From Sedimentisphaerales bacterium (GTDB lineage: Bacteria > Planctomycetota > Phycisphaerae > Sedimentisphaerales > SM23-30), in the NCBI GenBank assembly GCA_016930295.1, contig JAFGHE010000043.1, positions 1-58,523 of the forward strand: 58,523 nucleotides of DNA, read 5' to 3'. This document shows, one piece after another, positions 55,490 to 58,523 of the stretch (positions are counted from its first letter, which is position 1; each line of letters opens with the position of its first letter). The position numbers were made by a program, and so were the translations under genes. The notes beneath the pieces are model-generated. The model was not told where the DNA came from and did not search any database. It was given only the letters and a program-made list of their open reading frames with translations.

Positions 55490-56011
55490 ATGAGAAAAAT
55501 TACCCGCAGAGAACATCGTATCATAGTGTTTCTGGCAGTCCTTGTCTGTCTCTGGTCACTCTATGGATTTCTGATCAGCCCTGTCCGCACCCGAATTGAA
55601 ACATTAAACCGGGTCATCCCCGAAAAAATCCAGGCCCTGGACAAACTCAAAAGCCAGACAAAACAATACCTGGACCTGGAAAATCAATTCAGCCAAATCC
55701 ACGCAAAAATAGCCTCTCAGCCGGCTGATTTCGACCTGATGCCCTTTCTGGAAAACCTTACCGCCAATTCCCGGCTCGCACCGCCGCCCATGACCCAGCA
55801 AAGTCATGATTTAAACGATAACTACACCGAGACCGTGGTTTCCATGGAGTTAAAAAACATCACCTGGGAGCAGCTTATCCAATTCCTGCTCCCCCTGAAC
55901 TCGGCCCAGGCCTTCATTAATATCAAGTCCATGAATATCCAGAAAAACATGGAAAATCCCGACCTCCTCAATGTCAGCCTGCATATAGCCCACATCAAAA
56001 AAACCATCTAA
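55490..56011 (+). CDS. gspM: GspM/PilO-like assembly protein
   Basis: This 173-aa protein has an N-terminal TM 'IIVFLAVLVCLWSLYGFLI', a coiled coil and a small alpha/beta domain. It is the last gene of the gsp row. Confidence 0.55.
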   Translation: MRKITRREHRIIVFLAVLVCLWSLYGFLISPVRTRIETLNRVIPEKIQALDKLKSQTKQYLDLENQFSQIHAKIASQPADFDLMPFLENLTANSRLAPPPMTQQSHDLNDNYTETVVSMELKNITWEQLIQFLLPLNSAQAFINIKSMNIQKNMENPDLLNVSLHIAHIKKTI

Positions 56012-56020
56012 AACGGGTGG

Positions 56021-56053
56021 CATGCCTACACGAGCGCAGCGAGTTTAGGCATG
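56021..56053. terminator. Hairpin between the convergent gspM and isomerase genes
   Basis: An 8-bp stem (CATGCCTA ... TAGGCATG) encloses a 17-nt loop and is followed by TTT on the + strand. The large loop makes it only a moderate candidate. Confidence 0.4.
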
Positions 56054-56079
56054 TTTGGCTCACACCTCTCTTTGTCCTG

Positions 56080-56943
56080 TTATTGAAACGCCGCCAGCAC
56101 CCCCCTCACATAGCCTACTGATTCCGCCAATCCTGCCAAAGGATCTTTCGGGTCTTTTTCATATTCGAACGATGCAACCCCCTTATACTTAATATCTAAT
56201 AATGTCCGCAAAAATAGGGGAATATCGATTACCCCCCGTCCGATCTCCACGGTCTGACCCTCTGCCCTGGCCGCCGAGACATCCTTGATATGAATATCCA
56301 GCAGCCGGTCGGCATACTTTCGTGCCGCGTCCGATGGGTTCACCCCGGCCCGTTGCGTATGCCCGATGTCAATACATAAACCCATCCGCTTATCCAGGTC
56401 CTTTATCTTTTCATAAGCACTCCCGGGCGTAGGATATAATGCATCGCCCGGCCCGTGGTTATGAATGGCAACCTTAATATCCGTCTCCTGTACCTTCTGC
56501 TCAACCAGCTTCAGCAGGTCAGGGTGTGGAACCCCGATGATGACCTCCATCCCCGCGGTCCGGGCATACTCAAAGGCCTGCTGCACTTCCTTCTCCGTAC
56601 TCATATAAATCACCCCCCCGCCATAGAGTTCCAGCCCGGCTTTATGCACTTTATCCACAACCGATCTGATGGTATCAGGAGAACTGTCCAGCGGTAGATG
56701 AAAACTCTTGAACACGATATACTTCAAACCCAGACGTTGCGTCATGGACAGGGTCTCGTCCAGATCGAATTCCTTAAAGGTGTATGACGCTAATCCCAGA
56801 CGTATATTACTTTTAAGAGGTTTGCTATCCTCTGCCGTGCCGGCCTGAGCCAGGGATAACCCGGCGCCTGTAAAAGATCCCGCTGCCGTGCCTAAACAGG
56901 CCAATTTAACGAATTCTCTCCGCGTTTGATGTTCCATAGTCAA
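56080..56943 (-). CDS. Sugar phosphate isomerase/epimerase (xylose isomerase-like TIM barrel) with a Tat signal
   Basis: The twin-arginine leader is 'TRREFVKLACLGTAAGS'. 'IHNH', 'CIDIGH' and 'FEYE' are metal-ligand blocks typical of the AP_endonuc_2/xylose isomerase-like family. Confidence 0.85.
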   Translation of the reverse strand: MTMEHQTRREFVKLACLGTAAGSFTGAGLSLAQAGTAEDSKPLKSNIRLGLASYTFKEFDLDETLSMTQRLGLKYIVFKSFHLPLDSSPDTIRSVVDKVHKAGLELYGGGVIYMSTEKEVQQAFEYARTAGMEVIIGVPHPDLLKLVEQKVQETDIKVAIHNHGPGDALYPTPGSAYEKIKDLDKRMGLCIDIGHTQRAGVNPSDAARKYADRLLDIHIKDVSAARAEGQTVEIGRGVIDIPLFLRTLLDIKYKGVASFEYEKDPKDPLAGLAESVGYVRGVLAAFQ

Positions 56944-56975
56944 TTTCCAAATAAAATACTCGTATAGATATCTAT

Positions 56976-57002
56976 AAAAAAGGCGACCCCAACGGGTCGC
57001 CC
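56976..57002 (-). terminator. Rho-independent terminator downstream of the GntR-family gene
   Basis: On the minus strand the sequence reads GGCGACCC-GTTG-GGGTCGCC followed by TTTTTT: an 8-bp GC-rich stem, a 4-nt loop and a U-tract. It lies 35 nt after the stop codon. Confidence 0.7.
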
Positions 57003-57036
57003 CATACTTTCATCCTTTTCTTAGATTAAAAGGGGG

Positions 57037-58422
57037 TTATTGCAATTCTCTGAACCGATGGCAGATACTATCAACATTATCCAGACCCAGCCACAGTTCC
57101 AGGAACAGGTTATCGACTGCCAGTTTGTAATCCAGGCTCACCGGCAAATTGGCATTATGGAAGTTCTGTGCCTCCCGGATGAACAGTGTGGCCACCTCGT
57201 GGGGGATATCCATGGCTGAGTTCAGCGCTTCCGGAGTCAGAAGGTCACTGCGCACCGGAAGTCCACCGCCCACCTGGGCGACGATCTGCTGGGTTTTTCC
57301 GCTTAACAGGGCACGTAACATATCATCCACCGGCTGGAGGCTTTCCAGCCCCTGCATGGCCAGCAGAGCCAGTCCACTACTGATCCGGCCGCCAATCGCA
57401 TCGCCGGGCAGCCGCGTCACTCCCAGATCATCACCTAACTTGCTACGATAGTTATTATACATCTCAAATCCGTCCATGGCCATGGCACAGCGACGCTGTG
57501 CAAACAGATTAATCTGATCCGCTTTCGCCAGTACCGGTGAAATCCGCCGATTGTAAAGCATATCATGGATAAACCGAACCGTCCATTCAAACGATTCGGC
57601 AGTCTGGGCCGCGAGCTTGCCGTCGTGCAGATACAACTCATTGCCACGCCGTGACATAATGCTGGAAAGATGACTGAACGTCGGCCGGAATTGAAAACCA
57701 TACGTTCCTACATGAGGAAAATGCCCGGCATTATCGATCAATTGGTCCCAGTTCCATCCTTCATGGGGATGTTCCCGCTGGTGCTCTGAGAACATGGCTT
57801 TATTGTAATAAAGCACCATCGGAGAAACACTTAACGGCACCGCCTGACATCTGCCCTCCGCACCATAAAATTGAACCAGGCTTTCGTGCATACTCGCATC
57901 CGTGGCCAGATGCTGGTCCACGCCACAAAATACATTCGACTGATTTTTTAGACAATTGACATGCTCCAGGTCACATATAAATACATCCGCACTGCTGGCC
58001 GGCTGGCCTATAATCTGGGACATCACCCCATCTTGTTGCAAATCAAGCATTTGCAACTGGCACCGAGGCGGCAAAAGCTGCATGTCCGCCATACGACGGA
58101 ACAGGCTCAACACCCGCTGTGAACCGCAGGCAATCCGCAGATAAGGAGTTATATCACGTCGAATAGTCACTACCGCACTGCGACGGTCACGCCGGGTTAT
58201 CAAACCGGCCTGTTCCAAATGCTGCAATGCCGTGCGTACTGTAGCCCGCGACGCACTGTATCGCTGGGCGATACGACGTTCCGAGGGTAACTTCTGACCG
58301 GGCTTTAGCTCTCCTGCTGTCACCTGATTAGTCAAATTCTCCGCAATCTTTCTGTGCAGAGGCATTTGCGCTACATCTGTTCCTGGATTATGATTGCTCT
58401 CTATATGTTCACTCATGGCCAT
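57037..58422 (-). CDS. GntR-family transcriptional regulator fused to a solute-binding-protein-like sensor domain
   Basis: The wHTH is 'LPSERRIAQRYSASRATVRTALQHLEQAGLITRR'. The remaining ~380 aa look like a periplasmic-type sugar-binding (SBP family 1-like) fold. GGAG abuts ATG 58422, so ATG 58416 (6-nt spacing) may be the true start. Confidence 0.85.
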   Translation of the reverse strand: MAMSEHIESNHNPGTDVAQMPLHRKIAENLTNQVTAGELKPGQKLPSERRIAQRYSASRATVRTALQHLEQAGLITRRDRRSAVVTIRRDITPYLRIACGSQRVLSLFRRMADMQLLPPRCQLQMLDLQQDGVMSQIIGQPASSADVFICDLEHVNCLKNQSNVFCGVDQHLATDASMHESLVQFYGAEGRCQAVPLSVSPMVLYYNKAMFSEHQREHPHEGWNWDQLIDNAGHFPHVGTYGFQFRPTFSHLSSIMSRRGNELYLHDGKLAAQTAESFEWTVRFIHDMLYNRRISPVLAKADQINLFAQRRCAMAMDGFEMYNNYRSKLGDDLGVTRLPGDAIGGRISSGLALLAMQGLESLQPVDDMLRALLSGKTQQIVAQVGGGLPVRSDLLTPEALNSAMDIPHEVATLFIREAQNFHNANLPVSLDYKLAVDNLFLELWLGLDNVDSICHRFRELQ

Positions 58423-58448
58423 CTCCTTTCGGAAGAACGTATTTGTAT

Positions 58449-58489
58449 GATAATTATAATTGCTTCTTTATAGGCACAATTGTAATGCC
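58449..58489. promoter_or_regulatory. Palindromic elements upstream of the GntR-family gene, a candidate -10 box and operator
   Basis: There are two perfect 8-mer palindromes, ATAATTAT (within 58450..58460; it contains TATAAT on both strands) and ACAATTGT (58476..58483, flanked by GGCA/TGCC). The function is not established. Confidence 0.25.
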
Positions 58490-58523
58490 TTTTCAAATAA
58501 TTTCAATTCAAATGGGATATTTA

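Noticed and set aside
1-58523. Search for mobile-element hallmarks (transposase, integrase, tRNA attachment sites, terminal inverted repeats) that would mark the block as a genomic island
   Set aside because: I recognised none in any listed ORF or intergenic region. The only compositional anomaly is the AT-rich spacer at 34998..36379.

Overview
The 58.5-kb window has four parts, and I saw no rRNA, tRNA, CRISPR, transposase or integrase genes.
(1) 96..34997, all on the minus strand: a ~35-kb exosortase (PEP-CTERM/EpsH-type) exopolysaccharide locus. It encodes an initiating sugar transferase, a Wzc-like co-polymerase/tyrosine kinase, an exosortase, Wzx, a Wzy-like protein, glycosyltransferases, a deacetylase, a FemAB-like protein, GNATs and a pyruvyl transferase with an FrhB-like partner. 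It also holds two acyl/aminoacyl tailoring modules, with 3 ACPs, 2 AMP-ligases, 2 NadE-like PP-loop enzymes, an AsnB-like enzyme and a PLP decarboxylase, and it ends with EpsI.
(2) 34998..36379: a very AT-rich 1.4-kb non-coding divergent region.
(3) 36380..44479 (+): a 2699-aa secreted giant protein. It contains a LamG domain, 17 tandem ~74-aa InlB-B-repeat-like units arranged as a 9-unit super-repeat, an Ig-like domain and a 7-blade propeller.
(4) 44918..56011 (+): a colinear gspC-D-E-F-G-I-J-K-L-M type II secretion operon whose secretin looks lipidated.
The right edge carries a Tat-signal sugar-phosphate isomerase-like protein and a GntR/solute-binding fusion regulator.
The most unusual points are:
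- The exosortase and the initiating sugar transferase each carry an N-terminal degenerate nucleotidyltransferase + beta-helix module.
- The carrier-protein/PP-loop amidation module sits inside the EPS locus.
- The exosortase-EPS locus, the giant repeat protein (which has no sorting signal) and a dedicated T2SS lie next to each other.
Gene content (LamG and B-repeat giant protein, GntR-SBP regulator, Tat isomerase, T2SS) loosely suggests an environmental PVC-like bacterium, but that is a weak inference. All calls come from motif reading only; no searches were run.
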